DNA of 63,355 nt, counting the filler, from Octopus bimaculoides (taxonomy: Eukaryota): assembly GCF_001194135.2 (NCBI RefSeq). It is 6 parts of 5 records of this genome, joined end to end, with 100 filler letters (N's around TTAATTAATTAA, not from the genome) between each part and the next. Parts side by side here need not be neighbours in the genome. Positions count along the whole stretch, not along the records: positions 29,336 to 49,960 come from NC_068996.1; positions 50,061 to 61,895 come from NC_068996.1; 4 more parts are not named here. One strand, written 5' to 3'. The notes under the pieces are model-generated. The model did no database searches, was not told the origin of the DNA, and worked only from the letters and a program-made list of their open reading frames with translations. The position numbers and the translations under genes were made by a program. Positions 46,173-60,467 of this stretch are shown piece after piece (positions within the stretch are counted from its first letter, which is position 1; every line of letters begins with the position of its first letter).

Positions 46173-47401
46173 GAAGTAAATAGACACCGCATAAAACATC
46201 GTTTTCTGTTTATTCTAACTTGTAAAGGTTTATATTTCTTATTAATTGACATTTTTATGTTTCAGGTTCTATATATGACTGTTTAATCAGGCCATGTACA
46301 AAAGAAGCATTGCCACTGTCTGAATTTCAGAGAGGCCTTATTGTGGGTCGTTCTGAAGGTGGACATAATCAGTGTAAAATTGCAGAAAACCTTGGGATCC
46401 CGCTTTCTACAGTTAATAGAGTGATTGTGCAATTCACCAGAGAGGGGAAGGAGTCCACATCACCTTGTCCAGATCAACCAGGGCTCTCTGACAGGACCCT
46501 TCTCTTAGCTAAGAGAAGTGTGAAGGATAATCCTTGTTGCAAGACCTCTGACACAGCAGAGCAAGTTGATGTCAGTTCCGGAACAGCTGTCAGGTATCTC
46601 CACAAACTTGGTTACTATGGCAGAGCAGGAAGAAGAAAGCCACATCTTTGACCAGCGGAGAAAAGATTGGGCCAGTGAGATGCTGAAGAGGCCATTAACA
46701 CTTTGGGACACTGTCATATTCTCTGATGAGTCCAGATTTGCTGTATTTCCTAACAGTGGTCGAGTGTTGGTCTGGAGACTCTGTGATCAAGAATTTGATG
46801 TGAAAAGATTGCAACCAGCAATGAAACACAGCAGCTATTCTGTGATGGTCTGAAGAAAAATTTGGAGCAATGGTTGATCAGAGCTGGTGGAATGTGAGGG
46901 AAAGATAAACTCAAATAAATATGTGTCCATTTTGCAGAAAGGACTCCTTCCAAACTTCTCCAGTGCTGAAATGATTAAAGAGGACTCTCTATTTATGGAA
47001 GATGGGATAACTTGTCACACGGTTAAAATGACCCAAGATTTGTTGGAAAAGAATGGCATTAGAAAGCTTCCATAGCCAAGCCAGTCACCAGATATGAACC
47101 CTATAGAACACCTCTGGGCCAAATGGACAGGACATTTCATAAACAGAACAAGAAAGCATCTTCAAAGCCAGATCTTTTGAGACTATTGCATGAAACTTAG
47201 CAAGAAATTCCACACGAGAATATTCACCATCTGATCAGTAACATGCTTAATAGGGTCCTTGCATTGAAAAATGTAAAGGGCATGTCTACTAGATATTAAA
47301 TGTTCACATTATAACAACTAACAAATAATTTGAATGTATAATTTCAGATGTAAATAAATTTTAATGATTATAAGGGTGTCTATTTACTTCTTTCATGTGT
47401 G
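46173..47401 (+). mobile_element. Tc1 (DD34E) transposon, decayed
   Basis: TIR gaagtaaatagacacc (46173-46188) / ggtgtctatttacttc (47375-47390). Paired-like [14 protein letters not shown]...[39 protein letters not shown] with 34 residues between D and E; stops and frameshift. Confidence 0.93.
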
Positions 47402-47419
47402 TGTGTGTGTGTATATACA

Positions 47420-48573
47420 TAGGGAGAATTCACAAAAAAACAAAGGACGAAGACAAGTGGTGTAGACAACAAACAGATGTATTAGTTTAATGCTCGGGAA
47501 GTGAAAAAGTCTTTAACATTTTGAGCCTACACTCTTCCACAGAAAGGAACACAGAAAGAAACAAGGAGAGAAAATAAAGAATGTGTAGTCACTAGTGATC
47601 TATCATGGCGAATGCCGGACAGAAGGGTCACACAGGAGAGCTAAGAAGAAGGGGAGATAATAAAGTAGTGGTGATCCCAAAATGAAGGTGCGCGTGCATG
47701 TGTATAAGAGAGTATGTATGTTCATGTGGAAGAGGGTTGGTGACCTTGACGTGTGCGTGTGTGTATGTGTAGGTGTGAAGATGTGGGGCTGGGAAGTGGT
47801 CAGAGCTAGTGCATGTATGGTGGTGTGATGTGATGTGTTGTGTGGTATGGTGGTGTATGGTGTAGTGGTGTGTGGTGTGATGGTGTTGGGAGGTAGGGGA
47901 GGCGAGAATGGGGAATGCAAGGGTGGGGTGTGGGTTAGGCTGAGGGTGGGGGTAGAGGTGGAGTATGTTTGTAGGCAGAGGGTGGGGTATGTGGGTAGAC
48001 AGATGATGGCAGTAGAGGTGGAGTATGTGGGAGTGGGTGTAAGGGATGGGGTGGGGTGAGATGGGAAGGTAGGGTTGGAATGTGTAGGAGTGGGGTGGTG
48101 ACAATGAGGGAGAAGAAGAAAGTGGGTAGGAGTGAAGAGAAGAGAGAAGGAGTGTAGGAGTGAAGAGAAGAAGTAGGAGTCGGAGCAAAAGAGGAGAGGT
48201 GGGTGGGAGGAAGTAGGTGTGAGGGAGAGAGAGAGAGATGAGGGAATGACGTTAGATGAAGATGGGAGGAAAGTTGAGCCCACGTGGCACAAAGGAGCGA
48301 AGAGAGAAGATTAATCCTTGTTCATGGCGCAAACAGGAGTCTGGCTGGCCCCTGTGCAAGGACAATCCGAACATGGACAGGTGTTGTAAAGAGTGACCAG
48401 TAGAGTGGAAATGGTACGAGACTAGGGTGTCATTGCTGAGTCGGATGTCTTGGAGGTTTTCTGCAAACCGGTCAGCCAAGTGGCGTCCCATTTGCCCGAT
48501 GTATAGAGAAGGGCAGAGAGAGAGCAGGAGATGTAGTAGATGACATTAATAGAAGTGCAGGTGAGGGAGTCGG
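47420..48573 (-). mobile_element. Penelope-like element 3' part (GIY-YIG endonuclease plus long 3' UTR)
   Basis: TCTSINVIYYISCSL..LYIGQMGRHLADRFAENLQDIR...HF..GHSL...EQGLIF.L....P.GLN (one frameshift); hammerhead-like remnant at 47546-47511. Confidence 0.85.
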
Positions 48574-48963
48574 TATATATATATATATATATATATATGT
48601 ACTTATGTGTATATATNNNNNNNNNNNNNNNNNNNNNNNNNNNNNNNNNNNNNNNNNNNNNNNNNNNNNNNNNNNNNNNNNNNNNNNNNNNNNNNNNNNN
48701 NNNNNNNNNNNNNNNNNNNNNNNNNNNNNNNNNNNNNNNNNNNNNNNNNNNNNNNNNNNNNNNNNNNNNNNNNNNNNNNNNNNNNNNNNNNNNNNNNNNN
48801 NNNNNNNNNNNNNNNNNNNNNNNNNNNNNNNNNNNNNNNNNNNNNNNNNNNNNNNNNNNNNNNNNNNNNNNNNNNNNNNNNNNNNNNNNNNNNNNNNNNN
48901 NNNNNNNNNNNNNNNNNNNNNNNNNNNNNNNNNNNNNNNNNNNNNNNNNNNNNNNNNNNNNNN

Positions 48964-48998
<35 letters not shown>

Positions 48999-49659
48999 AA
49001 ATAAATGGAGTTAAACACAGGTGTTATTCAAATTCTTTTACTTCCGACAAATGTTTCGAAGATATCACTGGTATTATTCCAAAGGAATAAAATGGTGCAA
49101 AACAATGTAATCTTCTCTTCAGGGAAATGAAGAAATGAAACTCGTCAATAAGACATTTTAACAGAAAATGATGGATATGTATTGTGATTAACTGAACGCT
49201 ATTAAGTTTGTTTCCAAAAAACGTTAGAGGATATAACGTCAAAGGTAGCCTATAGAAAGGGGAGGGGTAAAGGAAAGAAAAAAACCAAATAAATGAGAGG
49301 TATATAACAATATGTATATTAAATAAAACCCTATAGTCTTGGAAAAAGATATATCTAGGGAATGTGAAATGTAAGAGGAAAATTAATGTTAAATTATATA
49401 TAATGATAGATATCACTTATATGAACTAAAGGTGTGTTTCTGCCAATGTTTACATCGGTATGCATGCTCTATAACCGTGTTTACAAGGGGATTTTTAGAA
49501 AAAAGAATAAAAAATAGTTCAGAATTACAGATAAGTCAGAATTCCTTGCCTTTATCATAAGGTATTGAAATTGAGAGAATCAACCAATCTAAATTAAATT
49601 TTTTCCATGTTAATTGTTAACAAGGAAAAATTACACACATCTGTTTATATATATATATA

Positions 49660-49691
49660 TCTATATATATAAAAATGAGTGTCTGTCTGTG

Positions 49692-49730
<39 letters not shown>

Positions 49731-49960
49731 GTGAATCCCTAAAACTCGAGAACTACGCAACCAATTTCATTCAAATTTTACACATGCCTTACTTAGGGTT
49801 CCAGTTGTGTTTTAGTCAAAAAAAATTATTAACTTCTTGCAGAGTTCGAGCACACGGCAACATAATATCTCCTCCACTATTTAAGTATTACGTGTCAAAA
49901 GTGAAACAAAAACACTCATGTCAAATACTTTCACTTTAAAAATGAAACTATTCCACTAAC
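49660..49960 (+). mobile_element. Non-autonomous Helitron-like 5' end with (GTCT)n core
   Basis: A|TCTATATATATAAAA start, (TGTC)n block, then aactacgcaaccaatttcattcaaatttt, the layout typical of animal non-autonomous Helitrons; truncated by scaffold end. Confidence 0.6.
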
Positions 49961-50060
49961 NNNNNNNNNNNNNNNNNNNNNNNNNNNNNNNNNNNNNNNN
50001 NNNNTTAATTAATTAANNNNNNNNNNNNNNNNNNNNNNNNNNNNNNNNNNNNNNNNNNNN
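49961..50060. other. Artificial scaffold-joining linker
   Basis: 44N-TTAATTAATTAA-44N. Confidence 0.97.
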
Positions 50061-50617
50061 ATATATATATATATGAAATATATATATATCTCTGAATGTA
50101 TGTATGTATGTATGAATATATATAAAAGTTAAACAAACAACATTATTTATAAAGAAATCTGTCAAGTTTACAAAAAACACATTTGGGTTGACTTTTTCAA
50201 AGATCAGTTCCTTCTAGCAGCTGAAACAATAACATCATTAGATTGCTGACATTTAATTAACAGTTAAGGTGGTATGGTTATTAAGAGTAAATTGATACTA
50301 GATTCATATTAAACACTCATAGCCACCACACTTATTAGCTGAATACTCCTTTAGACTAATTGTCATAGAAAGCAGTTTATTTATTTCCTGTACACATACG
50401 AACATACATACATACATACATACATACATACATACATAGATGCTGGCATGGCTGAGTCATAAGAAGTTTGCTTTTCAAAGGCATGGTTCCAGGTTCAGCC
50501 CATCTGTGCGGCACCTTGGGCAAATGTCTTCTACTATAGCCCCAAGCAAACCAAAGTCTTGAGTAGATTTAGTAGATGGAAACTGTAAGAATCCCTTTGT
50601 ATGTGTCTGTGAGTGCA

Positions 50618-50656
<39 letters not shown>

Positions 50657-50755
50657 TTAGAGAAAAGAATTAATGTTCAGGAACTCATCTATGAAAAAAA
50701 ATTCAATTGAGTTTTTACCTGTAAATTTGGATTTTTATCCCTAATATCATTATCA

Positions 50756-50803
<48 letters not shown>

Positions 50804-51563
50804 NNNNNNNNNNNNNNNNNNNNNNNNNNNNNNNNNNNNNNNNNNNNNNNNNNNNNNNNNNNNNNNNNNNNNNNNNNNNNNNNNNNNNNNNNNNNNNNNN
50901 NNNNNNNNNNNNNNNNNNNNNNNNNNNNNNNNNNNNNNNNNNNNNNNNNNNNNNNNNNNNNNNNNNNNNNNNNNNNNNNNNNNNNNNNNNNNNNNNNNNN
51001 NNNNNNNNNNNNNNNNNNNNNNNNNNNNNNNNNNNNNNNNNNNNNNNNNNNNNNNNNNNNNNNNNNNNNNNNNNNNNNNNNNNNNNNNNNNNNNNNNNNN
51101 NNNNNNNNNNNNNNNNNNNNNNNNNNNNNNNNNNNNNNNNNNNNNNNNNNNNNNNNNNNNNNNNNNNNNNNNNNNNNNNNNNNNNNNNNGGCGTTACCCA
51201 TCATTCTCATGTTTCGCCAAAAGGCTTTATTCATTGTCTTCATCTAGCATTTCAAATTACATTTGTTTCCTTTCGTACGTCCATCCCATATTGTCTTATT
51301 TACTCGAGCCCTTATTCTAATTCTTTGCATGAAACTGAGTATTAGCTTTTTCAGTCAATAATTGATGAAGAATTAGGGTCCTTCTGTGTTTGTCCTACAT
51401 GTATGTTTTGTAGTATTTAACGCATCTTTCATTTATTATATATATATACATATATATATATTGATAGAAATGGTAAGACAATAAAAGAATGAAAGAGAAC
51501 TCAATATTATGTAAATAGAGGAATTTATCTGTAAATATGATATGTGACAATTATTTGGTTGCC

Positions 51564-51637
51564 ATGATAAAACTCTGAGTTTCGGAGATGCCAGTGTGGG
51601 ATTCTACCCTGACATCTGAAACTCGGAGTTTTATCAT
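51564..51637. repeat. ~25-bp inverted repeat, probably an inverted Penelope-type terminus
   Basis: atgataaaactctgagtttcggagatg versus catctgaaactcggagttttatcat; contains GAAACTCGGAGTT (hammerhead stem III-like). Confidence 0.45.
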
Positions 51638-53024
51638 GTAGGGGTCAATTTTAGTTTACTGCCATTCTTGCATGGTCTAGCAATTACTGTCTCAAGGATG
51701 ATGGTTCTAAGAGGCTCAATTTATGTCTATGTGCATGTAGATGTGTGCATGCATATACACATGCACATACACACACACCTGAAATGCAAAGTTGACACTG
51801 GTGATATTTGAACTCAGAATGTAACAAGATATAAAGTTATGTAGTCTAACATTCAGTTGATTCCTGCCATGCACTGCCCTTCCTAAATAGTAATGAAGCA
51901 GGGTAGTCACAAATGGAATGCCTTTGAAATCAGACCTGATCAAGTCTGACTTGGAAGTAAAACAGCAACAATAGCTATGAATATCCTTGCAAGATATCCG
52001 CATAAACTATAATTACACAAATTAGCAGGTTCGGCGAAAGAGACCAATAGAATAAGTGCTAAGCTATAAAGAATAAGACCCGGAGATGGTTTGTTTGACT
52101 AAAGGTAGTGCTCCAGCATGGCTGCAGTCAAAATTACTGAAACAAGTAAAAGAATAAAAGAATGAAAGAAAAATGATAGCAATGTTATCAAAGATGTAGC
52201 AATGAAATTCATTCAGGTAGTTATTTGATTGGATTAGATTTTTCACGTGATCATGTGACCGGCCAGATAATCGGACATTGTTATACATTGCTGGTCATAA
52301 TGGCGCTTTGCATTGTTTTAGTTTACTAAAAATGCCACCCTGCTGGATAGATGAGCAAACTAACATTCCCTTCCTGATTGGAAGGCTAGTCCAGCACAGG
52401 GTTACCATTTTACAGTTGAGTGGACAGGAGCAACGGGAAATGAAATGTTTTGCTCAAGAATACAACACACCACTCGGTCTGAGAATCACACCCACAGTGT
52501 AGCAAACCAAAGAAAATGGATGTAAAAATTACATTCATTATAACAATAGAAGACAATATTATGAATTCTGTTTGACTTTAGTCATTATTTGTTTCTCTCA
52601 TTGGACTGTGTCCATCCAGAGGCACTGTCTTGTAGGGTTTTTGAACACAGAACGTGCTCAAAAAAAAAAAAAAAAAAAAAAATCTAGTGTATAGAAATAA
52701 GTCAATAAGAGGAATAACCATAGACATCTCAGAAGTAAACAAATATCATCATTTTTGATAGATTTATTTCTCCTTTCTTCTTTGAATATTTAGTGTTTGA
52801 AAAAGTGGTTCCTCTCTGACTGTTCTGCCATTGTAGCAGTAACTGGTTTCCTAAAATTCCTTCAACTATTTTTTTCTTTTTTTGTGGAAATTATTTTAAA
52901 CCTACAAATTCTATTTGTGTCATGAAGAAACCATATTAGGTAATATGTGAACAGTTTAAAATAAATTTATCTAGTGTGAGTGTTGTTGCTGTTCTTGCGA
53001 TTTTCAAAATTATATTTAAACATA

Positions 53025-53480
53025 GGTGTAGAAGTGGCTGTGTGGTAAGTAGCATGCTTACCAACCACATGGTTTCGGGTTCAGTCCCACTGCATGGCAC
53101 CTTGGGCAAGTGTCTTCTACTATAGCATCGGGCCGACCAAAGCCTTGTGAGTGGATTTGGTAGACGGAAACTGAAAGAAGCCCGTCATATATATGTGTGT
53201 ATATATATATGTGTGTGTTTGTGTGTCTGTGTTTGTCCCCCCCACCATCGCTTGACAACCAATGCTGGTGTGTTTACGTCCCCATAACTTAGCGGTTCGG
53301 CAAAAGAGACCGATAGAATAAGTACTAGGCTTCCAAAGAATAAGTCCTGGNNNNNNNNNNNNNNNNNNNNNNNNNNNNNNNNNNNNNNNGTCCTGGGGTC
53401 GATTTGCTCGACTAAAGGCGGTGCTCCAGCATGGCTGCAGTCAAATAACTGAAACAAGTAAAAGAGTAAAAGAGTAAAGA
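53025..53480 (+). mobile_element. SINE family B (contains an N gap)
   Basis: gtggctgtgtggtaag head; gaaacaagtaaaagagtaaaagagt tail. Confidence 0.88.
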
Positions 53481-54944
53481 GTAGAGAGAGTTCAAAATAA
53501 TTTTATTTTATTAACCACTTTTTAAAAATCTCAGTATTAACTATTTTCTTATCTTTATGTAATTTGTGATTCAGTTTGTGTCTTCATTTTTTTTTTTTTT
53601 TACAAACTTGTTTGTTGTTGGATTTCATGATCAAAAGTTGTAAGAGATATCTCATAGAAGTACTCTAATTCATTGAGACTGCTCTGCAACATTAGCTGCC
53701 TCACAGCAGAGATTATTTTCAACAGTCTGCTTAACAACCTGAAGACACCTGTCAGAGGGTGCAGGTTGACCTTGAAGGGGCTACTGCTGATTCCTTTCCT
53801 TTGCTTGTGAATTGAACAATCGCTCTGATGACTGGGGTAAGAGGAATCTGAAGGTTTTTGTGCAACCTTATGCTAAATAAGTGTACCCTCAGATTTACCC
53901 ACAATATACCTGCTTTGAAAATCAGACAACAATTTGCTTTTAGTGTTTGTGGCTTGGATAGTTACTATCAACAATTAATATACAGTAATCTGAAATATGT
54001 GAAATATGAAACGCAGACATTAACTGATGATTATGAAATGATGATGATGATGACACACACGTCTAGCAACATTGATTTCACCACCACCACCACCACCATC
54101 ACAATCACCATCATCATCATCATCGTCATCGTCATCATTATTATCATCGTCATCATCATCATCATCATCATCATCATCACCATCATCATCGTCATCATCA
54201 TTGTTTAATGTTTGTTTTCCATGCTAACATGGATTTGAATGGTTTGATAGGAGCTGGTCAATTACATCATTCTCCAATTGCCTGTTTTGGCATGGTTTCT
54301 ATGGCCGGATGTCTTCCCTACAGTCAGCCGCTCTACAGAGTGTACTGGGTGTTATTTTTTTGTTTTTTTTTACATGGCACAATACAAAATGAAATAAATT
54401 TTTAAAGGCTTTTAGTTAAACAATACCAAAAGATTATTTATATAGCCTTCACTGAGAAAGCCATCCTAAATTAAAATAATCTACCCAATTTAAAAGTAGC
54501 TAATATAACATTCATTTTCCTAAAAACGAGGATAGAAGTAAAATTAATAACTTTCTGAGTTCTTTCAATGATTCTTTACATTTAAACTGAATATATTTTA
54601 TCTCAAAGGTAGCATTTTAAATGAATAAACATATTAAATTCAAAATTTTACCACATAGTTGCATAAAAGATAAAGTAAACCCTGGAGGAATTTGAACTCA
54701 GAACATAAAAAAAAAGGTGAAATGCCACTGGACATTTTGTCTGGTATGCTAATGATTCTGCCAGCTTGTTGTCTTAAAAACAACAACAGTAGCAACAGTA
54801 ACAATAATATTGGCCCAGAAAGGAGAAAAGGCAAAGCTGACTTCGGCAGGGTTTGAATCCAGAATGTAAAGATGGGCAAAATGCTGTTAAACACTTTGCC
54901 AGTGTGCTCACGATTCCACCAGCTTGTCAACTTTGTAATAATAA

Positions 54945-54945
54945 T

Positions 54946-55034
<89 letters not shown>

Positions 55035-55059
55035 CAGCAGCAGCAGCAGCAGCTGCAGC

Positions 55060-55100
<41 letters not shown>

Positions 55101-55200
55101 CAATAACAGTAGTAGTAGTAGTAGTAGTACTAGTAGTAGTAGCAATAACAGTAGTAGTAGTAGTAGTAGTAGTAGTAGCAATAACAGTAGTAGTAGTAGT
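54945..55200. repeat. Compound (AGC)n/(AGT)n microsatellite with repeated agcaataac interruptions
   Basis: Seen directly. Confidence 0.95.
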
Positions 55201-55594
55201 AAAGGTACAAGGCCTGAAATTTTGGGGGTGGTCAGTCGATTATATCATCCCCAGCATTCAACTGGTACTTGTTTTATCGACCCAGAAAGGATGACAGGCA
55301 AAGTTGACCTTGGCAGAATTTGAACTCAGAACCTGAAAAAGGTAGCGAGCTGGCAGAAACGTTAGCACGTCTGATGAAATGCTTAGTGGTATTTCGTTCT
55401 GAGTTCAAATTCCGCCGAGGTTGACTTTGTCTTTCATCCTTTCGGGGTCGATAGATTAAGTACCAGTTATTCACTGGGGTCGATGTTATCGACTTAATCC
55501 CTTTGTCTGTCCTTGTTTGTCTCCTCTATGTTTAGCCCCTTGTGGACAATAAAGAAATAAGAATTGGAACTCAGAATGTGAACTCGCTCCCTTA

Positions 55595-55595
<1 letters not shown>
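55200..55595. mobile_element. Minus-strand SINE A1 interrupted by plus-strand SINE A2 (55343-55564)
   Basis: gaatttgaactcagaa-like sequence recurs on both sides of the inner copy. Confidence 0.75.
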
Positions 55596-55638
<43 letters not shown>

Positions 55639-56265
55639 NNNNNNNNNNNNNNNNNNNNNNNNNNNNNNNNNNNNNNNNNNNNNNNNNNNNNNNNNNNNNN
55701 NNNNNNNNNNNNNNNNNNNNNNNNNNNNNNNNNNNNNNNNNNNNNNNNNNNNNNNNNNNNNNNNNNNNNNNNNNNNNNNNNNNNNNNNNNNNNNNNNNNN
55801 NNNNNNNNNNNNNNNNNNNNNNNNNNNNNNNNNNNNNNNNNNNNNNNNNNNNNNNNNNNNNNNNNNNNNNNNNNNNNNNNNNNNNNNNNNNNNNNNNNNN
55901 NNNNNNNNNNNNNNNNNNNNNNNNNNNNNNNNNNNNNNNNNNNNNNNNNNNNNNNNNNNNNNNNNNNNNNNNNNNNNNNNNNNNNNNNNNNNNNNNNNNN
56001 NNNNNNNNNNNNNNNNNNNNNNNNNNNNNNNNNNNNNNNNNNNNNNNNNNNNNNNNNNNNNNNNNNNNNNNNNNNNNNNNNNNNNNNNNNNNNNNNNNNN
56101 NNNNNNNNNNNNNNNNNNNNNNNNNNNNNNNNNNNNNNNNNNNNNNNNNNNNNNNNNNNNNNNNNNNNNNNNNNNNNNNNNNNNNNNNNNNNNNNNNNNN
56201 NNNNNNNNNNNNNNNNNNNNNNNNNNNNNNNNNNNNNNNNNNNNNNNNNNNNNNNNNNNNNNNNN

Positions 56266-56357
<92 letters not shown>

Positions 56358-56589
56358 CATGATAATCACACATATCTAACATTCCTCTTCTCTCTGGTTA
56401 ATTTTATATAATAGAATTTCATTGCTCCATTTCTTTCAGGTAGTCACTGAATGATGACTGAGCTTATGGTGATCCTGTATGAGACACCTGCCTAGCAGGA
56501 GGCTTTCACTTTGGGTTCCAGTTCTAGTCTAATTTACACTTTTATATTCCAATTCCCTCATAGCAAGTTAGTGTTTTTGAGGTTGCACA

Positions 56590-57060
56590 ACTACTAGTGT
56601 TTTTATCAATGCACCATCTCCAGAATAAGAAAGACTGTCACCCAAGAATGAGGAGTTCTTTGTACACCCAAGGCAAGACTATACTCACTGGATGTCAATC
56701 CAGTATTTCTAGGTTACAAACAGAAAATATGCTCAGACATGATAATGTGACCAGGATCGTCCATAAAACAGTTTTATTGGTGAGGTCATATGGTATAACC
56801 AGAATCTACAGAACATCAAGGAAAACACCTATGTTAAAAACTACTGAGATTTTAATATGCACACCAACCAAGTCACAGAACACAGAAGACCAGATGTTTT
56901 GCAAGAAAAGGACAGAAAATGTGATATTGTTGATATGGCAATCCCCAGGGATTACAAGAATATAAAAAATAAAGAGGAAGAGAAAGTGATCAACTACAAC
57001 AGATTGAGAAGCAAGTGTAACTCCAGTCGTCGGTAGACTTGGAATGGTAAATAACCAATA
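56590..57060 (+). mobile_element. R4/Dong-like (RLE-type) non-LTR retrotransposon C-terminal fragment
   Basis: LRHDNVTRIVH, then HRRPDVLQEKDRKCDIVDMAIPRDYKNIKNKEEEKVINY (PD..D restriction-like endonuclease). Confidence 0.8.
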
Positions 57061-57917
57061 TTAAAATCCTTCAACTCTAGTGTAGGACACTACTGCTGCA
57101 GAAAGTTTCGTTGTCTTTTTTTTTTGTATCAACACTAACAAAGGTCACCTTATAACTTGTAAGGCCTTGTAAGGGCCTTAAGGGTCCTATGATAGAGGGA
57201 GATGAGAAGCATGTGTGAAGACTCTGACTAAAGGATGAGTATTAAAATTAATAAGTAAGGCTACAGAAAGGGGTTTCAAGTAAGAGTGCCAATTTTTCTT
57301 AATTTTAAATTTCTCAATCATAACCATGGAAAAAAAATAAAGGCACTAAGCCTTAATGTATACTCCATAATGGCAACATACACTTTGCTGTTATATACTG
57401 TAGCTGTTAAGAGTGCTTATGTATTCAAACTAAATAAATATCTACTTTTCTTTATCACTGATTCATTTATCACTGATCTGGGATAACATGGTACACCCAA
57501 CTATGAACCATGCTATACTTCATGTTCATTGCTAAAAGGGTGCACTGGATGGCACTGCCTCCTCACAATTCAATGGTGATCCCTCAATTTACAGTGATAC
57601 ACTTATTTTGAAACTCCACTCAAGCATTATTACAAATTAATACCCACCCAGGCACTAAAATCTGGCGTTGGGCCTGTTACACTTATAACAGTTTGATGTG
57701 TGGTCAGTGAGAGATCTTGCTTTGACCAAAAAAGCCCACCCCAGCAACCATCCATGATGCATAGTTATCCAAAATGTATTGAAAATTACTCTTGTCCATA
57801 TCACTGTGTTGTGAATCTGTGTATTTTTTTTTTATATATGTCTGCATACCCATCAACATTCCACCAGTGAAGGGGGAAAAAAATCTGTCAAATGTTCTTA
57901 AATTTTTACTCTAAATA

Positions 57918-58815
57918 TTCTTTTCTACTCTAGGCACAAAACTCAAAATTTTGGGGGAGGGGCCAGTTGATTAGATTGACCCCAGTATGCAACTGGTACT
58001 TAATTTATCGACCCCGAAAAGATGAAAGGCAAAATCAACCTCAGCGGAATTTGAACTCAGAACATAAAGACAGACGAAATACCACTAAGCATTTCGCTCG
58101 GCGTGCTAACATTTCTTATTTCTTTATTGCCCACAAGGGGCTAAACACAGAGGGGACAAACAAGGACAGACAAAGGGATTAAGCCGATTACATCGACCCC
58201 AGTGCGTAACTGGTACTTAATTTATCAACCCCGAAAGGATGAAAGGCAAAGTCGACCTCGGCGGAATTTGAACTCAGAACATAACGGCAGACGAAATACT
58301 GCTAAGCATTTCGTCTGGTGTGCTAACGTTTCTGCCAGCTCGCTGCCTTCTTTTAACCACTATATTCTTTTCTACTCTAGGCACAAGACCTGAAATTTGG
58401 TGTGAGGGCAGTGGCAGTCGATTAGATCAACCTCAGTATGCAACTGGTATTTAATTTATCAACCCTGAAAGGATGAAAGGCAAAGTCAACCTTGGCACAA
58501 TTTGATCTCAGAACATAAAGACAGATGAAACACTGCTAAGCATTTCACCCAGCATACTAACCTTCCTGCCAGCTTGTCACCTTCTTTTAACCACTATATT
58601 CTTTTCTATTCCAGGCACAAGGCCCAAAATTTTTGGGGAGGGTGCCAGTCAGTTAAATCAACCCCAGTACGCAACTGATGCTTAATTTATAGACCTCGAA
58701 AGGATAAAGGGTAAAGCCAACCTCGGAAGAATTTGAACTCAGAACACAAGGACAGACGACATACTGCTAAGCATTTTACCTGGCATGCTAACGTTTCTGC
58801 CAGTTTGCCATCTTG
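57918..58815 (-). mobile_element. Four co-oriented SINE A copies (A1, A2, A1, A1)
   Basis: Boundaries about 57918-58110, 58111-58345, 58363-58579, 58597-58815; ccttcttttaaccacta repeated at 58346-58362 and 58580-58596. Confidence 0.88.
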
Positions 58816-59394
58816 TTTTACTCTGAACATTATTTCAATCATGAAACAATATCATTATGTATGTTTAAAAACTGTTTTGAGTTGTTATCTGAGTATGTTA
58901 GGGGGACAGCTTAGGGGTCGCCGAACAAAATCTATTTTTCCTATGTGTTTTATTATTTATTTATCACTGTTGTTTTGGAACCAAATACCCATAACAAACA
59001 AGGGTAGATGTATTATTTTCCACCATTTTGTTTTTGGTCTCTTATTAATGCTTCTTTGTCTCTTTGTTTTCTTCATCATATGAGAAAGTAACAAAATGGG
59101 TGGCCAAAACCACAACATTATTAGTATATTGCAGAATGCTGCAAACATTAATTGATTCCAAAATTTCAGTGTTTTGCACTTGAATACAATGTTTATTTAG
59201 TATATGTTATATTATCAAATGCAATTATGTACTTTGTGCACTTAATTGTAGAAAAAGAAAAAAAAAATGAGAAAAAATAAAGACAAAATGATTAATAAAT
59301 AAATGAGTAAAACATCTGCTTATTTAACATTCTAACTTGACATTCAACGAAGAACAGAATTGGTTTGAGATTAATTTTTATTTCTTATTTTCTC

Positions 59395-59520
59395 ACTTTA
59401 ATATTCTCAAATTCCACCAAACAGGTGATCATATGGGAACTGACTGTGTCCTGGGAGAAACTCATGGAGAAAGCTCATGAGAGGGAACTTACCGGATATC
59501 GGGAGCTGATGTTTGGAACA
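59395..59520 (+). mobile_element. Hero/NeSL-like RLE endonuclease fragment
   Basis: IFSNSTKQVIIWELTVSWEKLMEKAHERELTGYREL matches ELTVPWE...A.ERK..KY..L. Confidence 0.7.
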
Positions 59521-59742
59521 ATATTTGACAAAAGTTCTGTTATGACATGCTAAAGTAAAGGCTTAATTCCAATGTAAAAGACAATAAGCATTTGGGATAC
59601 TGGGTGCCTGGGTAGCCACCCAATCACCTATCATTCTAAAAAACATGTAAGATAGATTTCTTGATCCCTAGGAAATGAGTAAGACATCTATTTAGGAATA
59701 CTAAGTCTTTCAATAACGTAGAATATACAACTCAACATACAC

Positions 59743-59923
59743 TCACTAACGTAGCCAGGGGTGGTGGTGGTGGTGGTAGTAGGTGCAGTCTGCCCTAGGT
59801 GGCACTTTTAAAGGGGCACCGCTTTTGGGTCTACTGTAGGCAATATGTGCTTTTTTTGTGGAATCTGAGAGGTGGCAAATGGGAGAGTCACCCCAGGCAG
59901 CACACAGTCTAACTACTCGAGTG
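59743..59923. mobile_element. Possible decayed MITE
   Basis: Imperfect terminal inverted match cactaacgtagccag / ctaactactcgagtg around a GC-richer interior. Confidence 0.35.
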
Positions 59924-60186
59924 CATACACTGGTGGCATGTAATATCTACTGATGAGTTTGACTGTCTCAGAGATATTTTTTATTGTTTGCCTTTTGCTT
60001 GTTTCAGTGATTGGATTGCAGCCAAGTCTGGTATTTGTTCTGTTAGTCTTTTGTTATTATTATTTTATATTTTTTTTATCGAACAGCTAAGATATAGGGA
60101 CATAAACAACATATAGCATAAGAAAATCTGGAGAAGGAAGTATGGAGAATGAAAGTTTCTTCAGTCTTGCATAAGGTTAAAGAAGT

Positions 60187-60406
60187 ACTTACTCTTTTAC
60201 TCTTTTACTCGTTTCAGTCATTTGACTGTGGCCATGTTGAAGCACCGCCTTTAGTTGGGCAAATGGAACCCAGGACTTATTCTTTGTAAGCCTAGTACTT
60301 ATTCTATCGGCCTCTTTTGCCGAACCGCTAAGTTACGAGGATGTAAACACACCAGCATCGGTTGTCAAGCGATGTTGGGGGGACAAACACAGAAACACAA
60401 ACATAT

Positions 60407-60467
<61 letters not shown>

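Noticed and set aside
47603-48292. 229-aa and 186-aa Pro/Thr/His-rich ORFs
   Set aside because: Low-complexity 3' UTR of the Penelope-like element.
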